DNA of 64,000 nt from NCBI GenBank assembly GCA_044376115.1, contig JBILLK010000017.1:128001-192000 (forward strand), read 5' to 3'. Positions 1 to 9,457 of this stretch are shown in pieces. The first letter of the stretch is position 1; every line of letters starts with the position of its first letter. The position numbers and the translations under genes were made by a program. The stretch comes from Polyangiaceae bacterium. GTDB taxonomy: Bacteria; Myxococcota_A; Polyangia; Polyangiales; Polyangiaceae. The notes under the pieces were generated by a model that saw nothing but the letters and a program-made list of their open reading frames with translations, did not search any database and had not been told where the DNA came from.

Positions 1-1
1 T

Positions 2-157
2 TGCGCCTGGCCTGGAGAGTTTGCCTCGGTATTGAACCTGATCGACGGCGTGATCGTCCTCGGGAAGGCTGGCAAGACGAAGCAGGGGGACATCCTTGCA
101 AGAGCCAAGCAACTGCCGCCGGAGCTGCTTCTGGGCGTTCTGCTCGTTGAACACTAA
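2..157 (+). CDS. 3' end of probable CpsD/CapB (BY-kinase-like) protein, partial
   Basis: Manual translation ...ASVLNLIDGVIVLGKAGKTKQGDILARAKQLPPELLLGVLLVEH* resembles the BY-kinase C-terminus and the end of the 12508-13533 protein (VDGFVMSA...FLGAVLLE). Confidence 0.55.
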   Translation, partial: CAWPGEFASVLNLIDGVIVLGKAGKTKQGDILARAKQLPPELLLGVLLVEH

Positions 158-234
158 CGCTCGTCGGCAGCCGATGTGATGCCAACTCTGCCTTGCTATG
201 TTCGCCGTTCTCCCTGTCTCGCCCTAGGAGCCGC

Positions 235-1350
235 ATGCAGATCTTCCGCTATCTCCAGCAAAAGCAGATTCACCTTTGGGGTCCCAGCTACCTGAAACAC
301 GCCTTGGTGCACCAGCGAGAGGCCGCTCGCACCAGCGGGACCCGGCATCTTCTGTTCGCGATCTGCGACCACTGGGAGCCGCTATTTGCTGGGGTCACCG
401 ACGCACAGGCGGACGCCCGAGTCGCAACCTGGCAAGAGCAATATCCAAAGGCCTTTAGCCAATACCGCGACGCGGATGGCAACATGCCCCAACACAGCTT
501 CTTCTTCCCAGGAGAACACTACCGAGCGCGCTGGCTGGAGGCGCTGCGGGAGATGGCGCAACAAGGCTGCGGGGAGGTCGAGCTGCACCTGCATCACGAC
601 GGAGACACCCGAGCCAGCCTAGCGGCCGACGTGCGTCGCTATGTCGATAGCATTGCCAGTCACGGTCACTTTACGCGGGTCGATGGTGCGCCCAAGTTCG
701 CCTTCATTCACGGCAACTGGTGCCTCTCGAATGCTCGCCCCGACGGCCGCTATTGCGGAGTCGACGACGAAGTGGACCTGCTGCACGAGCTTGGCTGCTA
801 CACCGATATGACGTTTCCAGCGCCGGAGGACCGCTCCCACCCGCGCACCGTCAATCAGCTGTTTTGGCCGACGGGAGATCTCAAGCGGCGCCGCGCCTAC
901 GAAGACGGAGAGCGTTCACGCGTGGGCAAGAGCTACGACGACCGCATGCTCTTCATTACCGGGCCGAACGGCTTCTATGTCGACGGTGGGCGCCCGAAGA
1001 TCGAATTTGGTGCGCTCATGGCCTCGAATCCGCCTTCAGACAAGCGCGTAAAGCTGTGGGGAGATCTTGGAATTTGTGTGGATGGCCGCCCCGAGTGGAC
1101 CTTCGTCAAGTTGCATACCCACGGGGCTCCCGAGAAAGAGGCTGAGACTTTGCTGGGTGACAAGGCCAAACGAATGCATGAAACCTTGGCCAAGCTCTAC
1201 AACGACGGCACCCGCTGGAAGCTCCACTACGTCACCGCGCGTGAGCTCTTCAACATTGCAAGGGCCGCGATGGATGGCCATTGCGGAGATCCCAACGACT
1301 ATCGTGACTACGTCTTCGCCAAACCGCCGTGCCGCGCCGAGGGTGGCTGA
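235..1350 (+). CDS. Conserved hypothetical protein, probable metal-dependent carbohydrate esterase/deacetylase-like
   Basis: ATG at 235 with AGGAG RBS; motifs DHWEP, EVELHLHH, FIHGNW, KLHTHG; follows a BY-kinase-like gene. Confidence 0.55.
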   Translation: MQIFRYLQQKQIHLWGPSYLKHALVHQREAARTSGTRHLLFAICDHWEPLFAGVTDAQADARVATWQEQYPKAFSQYRDADGNMPQHSFFFPGEHYRARWLEALREMAQQGCGEVELHLHHDGDTRASLAADVRRYVDSIASHGHFTRVDGAPKFAFIHGNWCLSNARPDGRYCGVDDEVDLLHELGCYTDMTFPAPEDRSHPRTVNQLFWPTGDLKRRRAYEDGERSRVGKSYDDRMLFITGPNGFYVDGGRPKIEFGALMASNPPSDKRVKLWGDLGICVDGRPEWTFVKLHTHGAPEKEAETLLGDKAKRMHETLAKLYNDGTRWKLHYVTARELFNIARAAMDGHCGDPNDYRDYVFAKPPCRAEGG

Positions 1351-1359
1351 AAGCCCGCG

Positions 1360-2391
1360 ATGGAAGCCTATCCGCTTCGCTATGCAACCCGGGACGCGCT
1401 AGCAGCCCTGCCATGGTTCTCCGAGCACCACGGAGAAGTCGTGGTCTCCGACAGCAGCATCGGCCCGATCATTGACGTGCATACGCACTACGCGTTGCCT
1501 TCACTCAAAGCCTCCCACATCGATCTGCACGCAAGTCACTCGGATTCGCAGCTGCTGCTCGGCCGTTGCTGCGCGCATCACCTCGACGTCTACGCGAACC
1601 AGTGTTTCACAAAGGTCGAACTTCAGGCCATGCTTCGCGAGCTGCTACGCGGTGGCGTTCGGGGCAAAGGCTTACGGCAGTATCACACGGCGCCCAACCT
1701 CGCCCGCGACATGCAATCGATGGGCGTCACGCACTCAATCGTACTCGGCATTGATATGCCCGTCCCAACACAACATGTCGCGCGGACGCTCGCCACAGCC
1801 AGGGACCGTACCGACGTCACGGGCTATGGCAGCGTTTACCCTCGCTCGCTCCATGTGAAGCACAAGTTCGAGGAGCAGCTTCACCTCGGCTCGCGCGGCG
1901 TGAAGATCCACCCACCCAATATGTTCATTCGCCCGGACCACCCAAAGGCCATGCAGATCTACGGATTGTGTGGTGAAGCCGGGGTGCCTGTCTTTTGGCA
2001 TTGTGGGCCAGCGGGGATCGAACCCAAGCTAGGCGCATATTGTGGCCAGGTGCGCTTTTATGAGGCAGCACTCAAGGCCCACCCGAAAACCACATTTGTA
2101 CTGGGCCACTCTGGAGCTACGCAACATTGGGAGGCCATTGGGCTCTACCGCCGCTACAAGAACGCCTACTTGGATATCTCCTGCATTTCGCTTGGCCAGC
2201 TGCGCGACGTGATTGACCACGGAGGGGACGACAGCCGCATCATGTTTGGCTCGGACTGGCCGTTTTATCATCCTATTTTGCCGCTGGCGAAAGTGCTCAT
2301 TGCCACTGAAGGGCGGCCAGCGCTCCGGCGCAAGATTCTACATGACAATGCGGCGCGCATGCTCGAGGCACACCGGCCAAACCAGGGCTGA
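1360..2391 (+). CDS. Amidohydrolase family protein (Amidohydro_2)
   Basis: IIDVHTH, GVKIHP, PVFWHCG, VLGHSG, MFGSDWPF, NAAR motifs. Confidence 0.88.
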   Translation: MEAYPLRYATRDALAALPWFSEHHGEVVVSDSSIGPIIDVHTHYALPSLKASHIDLHASHSDSQLLLGRCCAHHLDVYANQCFTKVELQAMLRELLRGGVRGKGLRQYHTAPNLARDMQSMGVTHSIVLGIDMPVPTQHVARTLATARDRTDVTGYGSVYPRSLHVKHKFEEQLHLGSRGVKIHPPNMFIRPDHPKAMQIYGLCGEAGVPVFWHCGPAGIEPKLGAYCGQVRFYEAALKAHPKTTFVLGHSGATQHWEAIGLYRRYKNAYLDISCISLGQLRDVIDHGGDDSRIMFGSDWPFYHPILPLAKVLIATEGRPALRRKILHDNAARMLEAHRPNQG

Positions 2392-2401
2392 CCGCAGGCG
2401 G

Positions 2402-5266
2402 TCAAAACCAATCGATCGCTGGTCCGGCGTGCCACTCGATGGCGATCCCACTTCGAGCGGCGACCCAATCTTGGCAAAGGTCGCATAGCTCCGTCCGGCT
2501 GAGCGGGTTGCGACCGAGACCGATCAAGAGTTCATGTCCCTGCGAGCTCTCACGCGCGTAGGGCCACGCCCGAACGTCCAAACGCCCGCTCTGCCGCAAC
2601 AGGCGCAGGAGCGCGTTCATTCGGCCACGGACAAAACCGAGCAAGTCATCGGCTTGGTGTTGATTCGGTTGTGACGTAACGAGCTTCACGAGAGCCCACG
2701 CCGCATGCTGACGGTGCAACGGTGGCGCGCAGATCAACGAGCCGAGGGCGCTCTCGAGATCGACGGCAGACTCGACCACCAGCCAAGCGGCGTAGAGCTC
2801 GTCGGTCATGATTTGCAGACCACCTTGATCGATCTGTTCACTCAGCGAGCGGACGGGAGCCGTGGGCGTCAAGATCGTGATTGGTCCCTGGCTGCTAGAT
2901 GGTTCGCCTCCGCCGAGGCTCACGGCCTCACGCCAGTCCTTCGCCGCCCACTCGGCGAAGAAGGCCTGGAGCAACGGCAGGGGCTCGGAGAGCGTGGTGC
3001 GCCGAACCGTCTCCGCTGCGAGCACCAACCAGCCCAACCCCGGTAGCCCTCCGAAAGGGGCACTCGCCAACCCCTTTGCTCGAGCACAGGCTTTGACCCA
3101 GCGCGCGAGTCGCACAAAGCGATGGAACTGAGGAGATGACAGTACAACTCCGAACTGATCGGCGTCCGAGCACGCGCTCTTTGCGATGGCGCCCGCCTCC
3201 CCATCGGAGCTGGCGACCGTGAGATCCACTTCGATCGGACCGCTCGCGCCCACGTGATACCGGAACTCAAAACCCGGTACGCGCGCGGCTATCACCGGGC
3301 GCAGCCGACTCACCCCGGCCAGCGAAATAAGCCGCTCGCGCAATTGCTCGAGCGTCCCTGGCGCGCCCGGCGTAACCAGGAGATCGAGATCGCTATCGGG
3401 TAACTCACAGCCGATGCGCCGTGAACCCGTTACCTCCACTTGGTGCTCCGGCAACTCGCTCGAGAGTTGTCGCAGCAGCGAAGCGGACAGGGATTGACCG
3501 GCTGGACGTTCCGCGGCGCCAAGTAAACAACGGCGCACGGCGCGGTCGAGGTTGCTGTTGGGGACGGCGATCGAGACCTGGTTGCGGCCCAACGCAACCG
3601 TCGACCGCACCTCCATCGGGCCATCTCCCCGTCTCGATAGCAATGCAAGCTGCGAGACGCAGGTTGCTTGCTGGCCGAGCGCGTGCTCCCACTCAGTTGC
3701 ATAGCGGTCGGTGCTCACGCCATCGACTACGGCGCCCAACGTGAGATGGGGTTGGTAGAGCTCGCCTGCTCCTCGACCCTGGGAGCAGCGAGGAAAGACG
3801 GCCGCGAGACGCTGCCTGAGTTGCAACCAATGCGCAAGCGCAGCCCCCGCTGGGTCGAGCCACAAGGTCGTTGACGTCCGGTGCTCGAAACGCCGGACTC
3901 CGCCGAGCGTCGTGGGGAACGGCTCGAGCGTGCAAAGGGCTGCGCTGAGCAGCGCCTCGGCTTGCTCGAACAGCACCTCAGGCACGAAACCGAAGAGCAC
4001 GTTCACATGCGCAGGCCAGCGCTCGAAGTGTGGGTCATGCTGCTGACGAATGCGTTGAATCGAAGCAGAGATCGAAGCCGGTGGCAGCCAACACAAGGCC
4101 GTAAAGACCGATGGCAGCGCTTGTTGAGCGGGCTCTTCGCTCTTCCGTTCGATCGCAGCCTGACGTGCTGGCTCAAGCTCTACGAGAAGACCAAAATGGT
4201 CGGAAAGGAATGGACCACCCGGGGTTATCGGTTCACAGCCCAACAAGGCGGCGGAGGAGCTTTCCAACGTGGAGCCGGAGAGCAGCGCTCGGTCCAAGCG
4301 CTTGGGCTTGCCGCTGAGGCTGTTGATGCGCGCCAAGTCGTTGCGACGAGGATCGAACGTGGGTGTTTGGTCATCTGGCCCGTGCACCTGAGACCAAGCA
4401 TCCTTCCAACCCAAACGGGCAGCGAGCTGCGGGTCCTCATCATTGAAGTCGCCGAGACACACTACGTTCATATCGAGGGCGCCCAAACCACTGACCAGTT
4501 GAGCAAACTCGCGTTGGCGATGCCGCTCGGCCTCTTGCCGATGGTCACTGCTGAGATGGACCGTCGCTACGACCTGAGCCTCGGGCAAGTCCAACACCGC
4601 GGCGATGAGCCCCTTGTGAGCATCGAAGGGATGCACGGCTACCTCTCGGAGCGGAATGCGCGAAAGGAGCAACTGGCCGTAGCGCTCAACGTCCTCACCG
4701 AGAGGGCTGTCAGAGAGGCTATAGCGTGCACGGACCCAGCCCGCAGCTAGCAGCAACTCGAGTAGCGGACGCTCGACCTCCTGAAGCGCAATCACGTCGG
4801 CATCCAGCTGTTGTAGCGCCGATACAAGGTTAGGACGTCGGGTCGCCGACGAGAGCTGCTCGCTTCCATAGCGATCCCAGAGGACATTCCACGTAACGAG
4901 CCGCAACGGAGCGGACCAGGCCACACTCGAAGCGGTGGTGGCCGCCTGCGGCTGCCAACAGCCGCCGCTAAAGGTGAATGGCTGACGCGCCTCAAAGAAC
5001 GGCGCAGTCAACCGGCGAACGAAGCGAACGCGGCCAGCTGCCGACTCGTCGAGCACGTCTCGGCCTGTACGGCGGTCCCATACAAGTTGCTCGTCTGCTT
5101 CAAAGAAGAGCACACGGTGCCAGGGCAAATCAGGCCCCGGCGTGAAGCTCGTAAAGGCCAACCGCTTTGGTCGAGCTGCATGCATATCGATGCCAACCAC
5201 GAAGCGCGTCGGGTCAAGCCGCCGATCCCAGCGAATACGATGATAGATTTGCTCACTGGTTCTCAT
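2402..5266 (-). CDS. Multidomain RNA repair protein: MJ1316/DUF504 + EEP phosphoesterase + 2H phosphoesterase + pol-beta nucleotidyltransferase/poly(A) polymerase-like
   Basis: IYHRIRWD..PWHRV..WDRR (MJ1316); TWNVL, ALQEV, GDFN, RLDR, SDHFG (EEP); HVNV and HLTL (2H); GSRRIG..DSDLD (NTase); KACARAKGL..FGGLPGLGW (PAP central-like). Confidence 0.88.
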   Translation of the reverse strand: MRTSEQIYHRIRWDRRLDPTRFVVGIDMHAARPKRLAFTSFTPGPDLPWHRVLFFEADEQLVWDRRTGRDVLDESAAGRVRFVRRLTAPFFEARQPFTFSGGCWQPQAATTASSVAWSAPLRLVTWNVLWDRYGSEQLSSATRRPNLVSALQQLDADVIALQEVERPLLELLLAAGWVRARYSLSDSPLGEDVERYGQLLLSRIPLREVAVHPFDAHKGLIAAVLDLPEAQVVATVHLSSDHRQEAERHRQREFAQLVSGLGALDMNVVCLGDFNDEDPQLAARLGWKDAWSQVHGPDDQTPTFDPRRNDLARINSLSGKPKRLDRALLSGSTLESSSAALLGCEPITPGGPFLSDHFGLLVELEPARQAAIERKSEEPAQQALPSVFTALCWLPPASISASIQRIRQQHDPHFERWPAHVNVLFGFVPEVLFEQAEALLSAALCTLEPFPTTLGGVRRFEHRTSTTLWLDPAGAALAHWLQLRQRLAAVFPRCSQGRGAGELYQPHLTLGAVVDGVSTDRYATEWEHALGQQATCVSQLALLSRRGDGPMEVRSTVALGRNQVSIAVPNSNLDRAVRRCLLGAAERPAGQSLSASLLRQLSSELPEHQVEVTGSRRIGCELPDSDLDLLVTPGAPGTLEQLRERLISLAGVSRLRPVIAARVPGFEFRYHVGASGPIEVDLTVASSDGEAGAIAKSACSDADQFGVVLSSPQFHRFVRLARWVKACARAKGLASAPFGGLPGLGWLVLAAETVRRTTLSEPLPLLQAFFAEWAAKDWREAVSLGGGEPSSSQGPITILTPTAPVRSLSEQIDQGGLQIMTDELYAAWLVVESAVDLESALGSLICAPPLHRQHAAWALVKLVTSQPNQHQADDLLGFVRGRMNALLRLLRQSGRLDVRAWPYARESSQGHELLIGLGRNPLSRTELCDLCQDWVAARSGIAIEWHAGPAIDWF

Positions 5267-5281
5267 CTCGCACCGCCCTTC

Positions 5282-7015
5282 CTAGGTGAAAGGCCCACCG
5301 ACCGTATCCTCGACGGAGCCGCCTTTACCAACTGACGAAAGGAGATCCACTTCGCCTAGAAACGGAGGCCGAAACGCAGAGTATTGGTCGCGCAGCACCC
5401 GCTCGGGGATGGGGTCCTTCCGTACGCGGTTACGACGCTCGAGCTCGTTTTGGTCTACAGCGAAGACGACGGCCTCGGTTAGCGCGCCCCAGCGCTCCGC
5501 GAACGATAGTGGCAAGCGGCGCTCGCGCGGAGAGAGGCTCGTAGCATCCCAGACGACAGACCGTCCTTGGCGCAAGAGCTCTTCCAAGCGAATGAGCGCA
5601 ACTTGTAGCACCTCGGCGTTGGCGCTCTGGTCTTTGCGTGAGCCACGCTGCTCGCGCAGCGCATCGAGCGAGACCACCTCCGACTCTGGGAAGTTGTGGC
5701 GAGTTACCGTGCTCTTGCCGCTGCCAGCGGGGCCGACCATCAGCGTCAGCTGGCCCGGCGACTCTGCGCGCAACGTGAAGGTTGCTGCAACGGCTTGCTC
5801 CGCACTCCGCAGTTGACCTTCCACCCAGAGCATCCGAGCGGCTGCCCAGATCCGATAGGACAGCCTTTGAGGAAGCGCCCGCAGGGAAGGCGCTAGGTCG
5901 GCACGCAGCTCTTCGAGCGGATTGGTGTCCCAGAGTCCAGCGTCATTGGCAACTAGCCGGGACCACTCCACCTGCTCGAAAGCGGCGTCACTTGATTCGC
6001 ACAGCCTCGCAGAAGAGGAGGCGAGAGCGTGCAGTACAGGCAAGCTGACCGAAAGCGAGAGCTGGCGCAGACCGCGCGGACGCCGCTCATCTGGGAAGCT
6101 CCGATGCAGCAAGGGGTAGAGCGCCAACAGATCCGAGCTGCGTCTGGCCACGCTCGCTCCCACCGGCAGTAGCAGGCTTCGCGCGAATGTTCGGGAACAA
6201 GGCCATAGTAACGCGGCTAGAACGCCCTCGAGGCGCTCCTCTCCAATGCAGCCTTGTGCGTCCAACTCGGATTGCATTGCTTGCAACAGCGGCGCCGTTC
6301 GCAGCTCCGTCTCGACGATTGGAGCTGATGGGTCGATCGCTCGAAACAGTGCCTCGGCGCCCTCACTTCGACCGCTGCGAACACTCCAAAGAGCGGCACC
6401 ACGTCCCAACCGGTTCTCGACCACCGGCGCCAAGCGCCAATGTTCATGGGTCGTAACGTGGTTGGGACGAACCCACTTAGCGACCTTGTTGGCAAAGTCC
6501 GCGAACCGAAAGGCTCCGCTCGGACGTACGACGTACCCCTCACTGATAGAGGTCAGTGGCGAGAGCTTTCGCAACAACTTTTCATCGTAGATACCGCGAT
6601 AGAGCAGCCGTGGAGTAGGAGCCCCAATCGATTTGCCGAAGGCGACAGTGGAGTCCCAATCGAGGCAAAAGTCGTTGTGCCATACGGAGAACAGATAGAA
6701 CCAGCTCTCCAATTGGTCGTACGCAAGCGAATGGCGCGCAAAGACGTTCTCTCCGCAAACTCGGAACTCCTCCGGGATGCGAAGCCGAATGCGGTCGTGG
6801 AAAGCCTTCAGCCACGTCCTCGAAGGGTGGTGGGCTGAGTCCGGTGAGCGCGCATGCAGCCGGTCGCGATAGAGCGTTGTGTTCTCCCCATCGAGCTTCT
6901 CCGTGACCACGACCTCCATGGCTTGAAGCCCGCGCGCCGCGTCCCAGCGGATATCGTCGGCGCTGACCCCGGGCGACCAAGGCAGATGGGGAGTTCGGGG
7001 GTAGCGCGTCACCAT
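5282..7015 (-). CDS. ATP-dependent RNA ligase fused to C-terminal P-loop polynucleotide kinase (AAA_33)
   Basis: YPRTPHL, EKLDGEN (ligase motif I), CGEN, EGYVVR, KWVR; C-terminal GPAGSGKST, SLDALR, VVWDATS, RNRVR. Confidence 0.88.
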   Translation of the reverse strand: MVTRYPRTPHLPWSPGVSADDIRWDAARGLQAMEVVVTEKLDGENTTLYRDRLHARSPDSAHHPSRTWLKAFHDRIRLRIPEEFRVCGENVFARHSLAYDQLESWFYLFSVWHNDFCLDWDSTVAFGKSIGAPTPRLLYRGIYDEKLLRKLSPLTSISEGYVVRPSGAFRFADFANKVAKWVRPNHVTTHEHWRLAPVVENRLGRGAALWSVRSGRSEGAEALFRAIDPSAPIVETELRTAPLLQAMQSELDAQGCIGEERLEGVLAALLWPCSRTFARSLLLPVGASVARRSSDLLALYPLLHRSFPDERRPRGLRQLSLSVSLPVLHALASSSARLCESSDAAFEQVEWSRLVANDAGLWDTNPLEELRADLAPSLRALPQRLSYRIWAAARMLWVEGQLRSAEQAVAATFTLRAESPGQLTLMVGPAGSGKSTVTRHNFPESEVVSLDALREQRGSRKDQSANAEVLQVALIRLEELLRQGRSVVWDATSLSPRERRLPLSFAERWGALTEAVVFAVDQNELERRNRVRKDPIPERVLRDQYSAFRPPFLGEVDLLSSVGKGGSVEDTVGGPFT

Positions 7016-7109
7016 AACAGCGCGACCAACGTCCCAGCCTCGAGCAACCTGACGAGCTACAACGCAAAGGGCATCCGCCAGGCAACACTGGTAGGCTCGA
7101 GGCGCTGGA

Positions 7110-8456
7110 ATGGCGAACCTATTGCAACCCTTGCGCGTTGTCGGACGCTATTCGATCTACCAACCGTTTGCTTCTGGCGGAATGGCTACGGTCCACCTCG
7201 CCCATATGGCTGGCTCCGCTGGCTTCTCTCGGGTCGTGGCCGTCAAACGTATGAAGCAAGAGTTCGTTCACGACTCTTCCTTCGCCACGATGTTTCAGGA
7301 CGAAGCAACGCTGGCTGCACGCGTTCTCCACCCCAATGTCGTAGCGACACTCGATGTCGTGCGGGACCAAGGGGAGCTGATGATCGTGATGGAGTACGTC
7401 CGAGGCATCGCGCTTCGGCAGCTCATGGAAGGCGCCTTCAATGGCGCTTATCGCATCCCAGTCGACATCGCGCTGACCATCATCGGTGGCGTGCTCGAGG
7501 GTCTACATGCGGCGCATACGGTGCGCGGAGACGATGGCAAGTTGCTCGGGCTCGTTCACCGTGACATCTCCCCGCCCAACATCCTCGTCGGACGTGACGG
7601 TGTGCCAAAGATCGTAGACTTTGGTATCGCCAAGGCCTTCAGCAAGCTGCACGTAACCGCCACTCATGAAGTTCGCGGCAAGCTCTCCTATCTGCCCCCT
7701 GAGCGGATACTCCAGCGGCCGTCGGATCATCGGGTCGACATCTTTGCTTGCGGCGTCGTGCTCTGGGAAATGCTCGCAGGCCGAAAACGCTATGTGGGAG
7801 CCAACGTCGGAGAGGTGGTCAACGCCATCTTGACCACCGACCCGCCGCTCTTGCACAGCTTGCGACCGGATGTTTCGAGCGAGCTTGACCGAGTGCTCCT
7901 GCGCGCGACAGCGCGCGAGCCCGAGGCTCGCTATGGCACCGCCGAGGCCATGTTGGCCGACCTCGAGCGAGTTGGTAGCTTTGCCAGCAAGCGCGCGCTG
8001 GCGCTTTGGCTCAGCGACGTTGCGGCGACGGTGCTCGGCGAGCATGAGGATCTCACGCGTAAGATCCGCGCCCAACACCGCGAGGTCGAGGAAGAGTCAG
8101 GCGCTCCGCTCGGATTTGAGCCGACGTTCGTCGAGCCGTTGCCTACAGAAGAGACGCGCACCTTGGTGCTCAAAGAGATGCCGCTGCGAAATGAGCCAGA
8201 GGTCGAGCCCGCGACGCTGGCCTTTCAATCACCACTCGCACGCTTTCCAGGGCCCGTTTCGGAGGACGAGATCGCGACCCGCACCCTAAAAAGGCAAACC
8301 GCCGCTGAGTCGTCACCAGTGGTGCGCAGCGGCCCCGTTGAGGCAACCATCCGTGCAGCGGGTGCCAAGCCTTACTGGGGCCTGCTGTTGGTTGGCTTGC
8401 TTGCGATCATCCTTGCGTTGGTAACCGCGCTTATTCTTCGCGCAGTTTCCGGCTGA
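7110..8456 (+). CDS. Hanks-type Ser/Thr protein kinase with C-terminal TM helix
   Basis: GGMATV, VAVK, HRDISPPN, DFG, D-I-F-A-C-G; hydrophobic C-terminus. Confidence 0.92.
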   Translation: MANLLQPLRVVGRYSIYQPFASGGMATVHLAHMAGSAGFSRVVAVKRMKQEFVHDSSFATMFQDEATLAARVLHPNVVATLDVVRDQGELMIVMEYVRGIALRQLMEGAFNGAYRIPVDIALTIIGGVLEGLHAAHTVRGDDGKLLGLVHRDISPPNILVGRDGVPKIVDFGIAKAFSKLHVTATHEVRGKLSYLPPERILQRPSDHRVDIFACGVVLWEMLAGRKRYVGANVGEVVNAILTTDPPLLHSLRPDVSSELDRVLLRATAREPEARYGTAEAMLADLERVGSFASKRALALWLSDVAATVLGEHEDLTRKIRAQHREVEEESGAPLGFEPTFVEPLPTEETRTLVLKEMPLRNEPEVEPATLAFQSPLARFPGPVSEDEIATRTLKRQTAAESSPVVRSGPVEATIRAAGAKPYWGLLLVGLLAIILALVTALILRAVSG

Positions 8457-8521
8457 AGGTTGCGAAAGCCCAGCGCTCCCCGCTACCCTCGAAACAAGCA
8501 CCGACGTGCAATAGGAGAGGC

Positions 8522-9457
8522 GTGTTTCGTTCCGTTTGGCCGTGGTTGGTGATTACGCTCTTCGCGGCGTTTGGCACCGCACATCCGGTGTTGGCGGCGG
8601 ACACGTCGCCAACCCACGCGCCAACCGCGCTCGAGAAGCTGGCCGCAGCCAAGAAATTTCGTTCAGCAGAAAGCGCCTACGCGAAGAAAGACTTCGCGCG
8701 CGCCGCGCTCGAGTTCGAAGAGTCGTACGCAATCGTCCCGCACCCCGACGCCCTGCTCAACGCGATCGTCGCTTGGGAGAGCGCTGGTAACGCGCTGGCT
8801 GCGGCCAAGGCTTGTCAGCGGCTCAAGCGCGATTCACCCATGACGGCCAACGCGCAAACAGCCGAGGAAAAGCTGAAGGGGCTGCTCACCCGGCTCGCGC
8901 AGATAAACATTTCGGTCGTTGGCGAGGCCTCCCAACTTCAGATCGATGCCATTGCAGTGGAGACGGGTGTCAGCATCGTCGAGCCCGGGGAGCATTTGAT
9001 CACGGCAGGCCTCGCTGGTCAGCCATTTGAGAAGCGGGTCAACGTTGGTCCGGGTGGCACGCTGGACGTGGTCGTCCAACCTGATCCAGTTCAACCTGGA
9101 GGACAGTTACCCAAGGCACCTGGCGGGCCGACGTCGCAATGGGAGCCACCTCTGCACACTGCTTTTTTCACCAGTGCGGCCACCCTCACAGTTGCCTCTG
9201 GAGCTCTCTTGATTTGGAGCGGCATTGATACCCTGCAGACCAAGAGCGTCTTCGACCAGGCTCCATCTCAAGGCCTCTACGATGAGGGTCGAGCCAAAGA
9301 AGTCCGTACGAACGTGCTGATTGGGACGACCTCGGTGCTCGCCGCACTGACGATTGTTTCTGGAGTGTTCACCGATTGGGATGGCAAGCCGGCGGTGGTT
9401 ACGGCCGTGGTTGCGCCCGGAATGCTCACAGCTCAACTGCACTTCGTCACGCCATGA
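8522..9457 (+). CDS. Exported TPR/PEGA-like membrane protein
   Basis: Signal peptide, TPR-like helices (AALEFEESY..PDALLN), VEPGEH motif, C-terminal TM segments. Confidence 0.65.
   Translation: MFRSVWPWLVITLFAAFGTAHPVLAADTSPTHAPTALEKLAAAKKFRSAESAYAKKDFARAALEFEESYAIVPHPDALLNAIVAWESAGNALAAAKACQRLKRDSPMTANAQTAEEKLKGLLTRLAQINISVVGEASQLQIDAIAVETGVSIVEPGEHLITAGLAGQPFEKRVNVGPGGTLDVVVQPDPVQPGGQLPKAPGGPTSQWEPPLHTAFFTSAATLTVASGALLIWSGIDTLQTKSVFDQAPSQGLYDEGRAKEVRTNVLIGTTSVLAALTIVSGVFTDWDGKPAVVTAVVAPGMLTAQLHFVTP

Noticed and set aside
3881..4750. 289-aa plus-strand ORF and many other long antisense or alternative-frame ORFs (e.g. 24106-24885, 30307-30939, 54866-55825)
   Set aside because: Shadows of well-supported genes, expected from GC-rich codon bias; no motifs.
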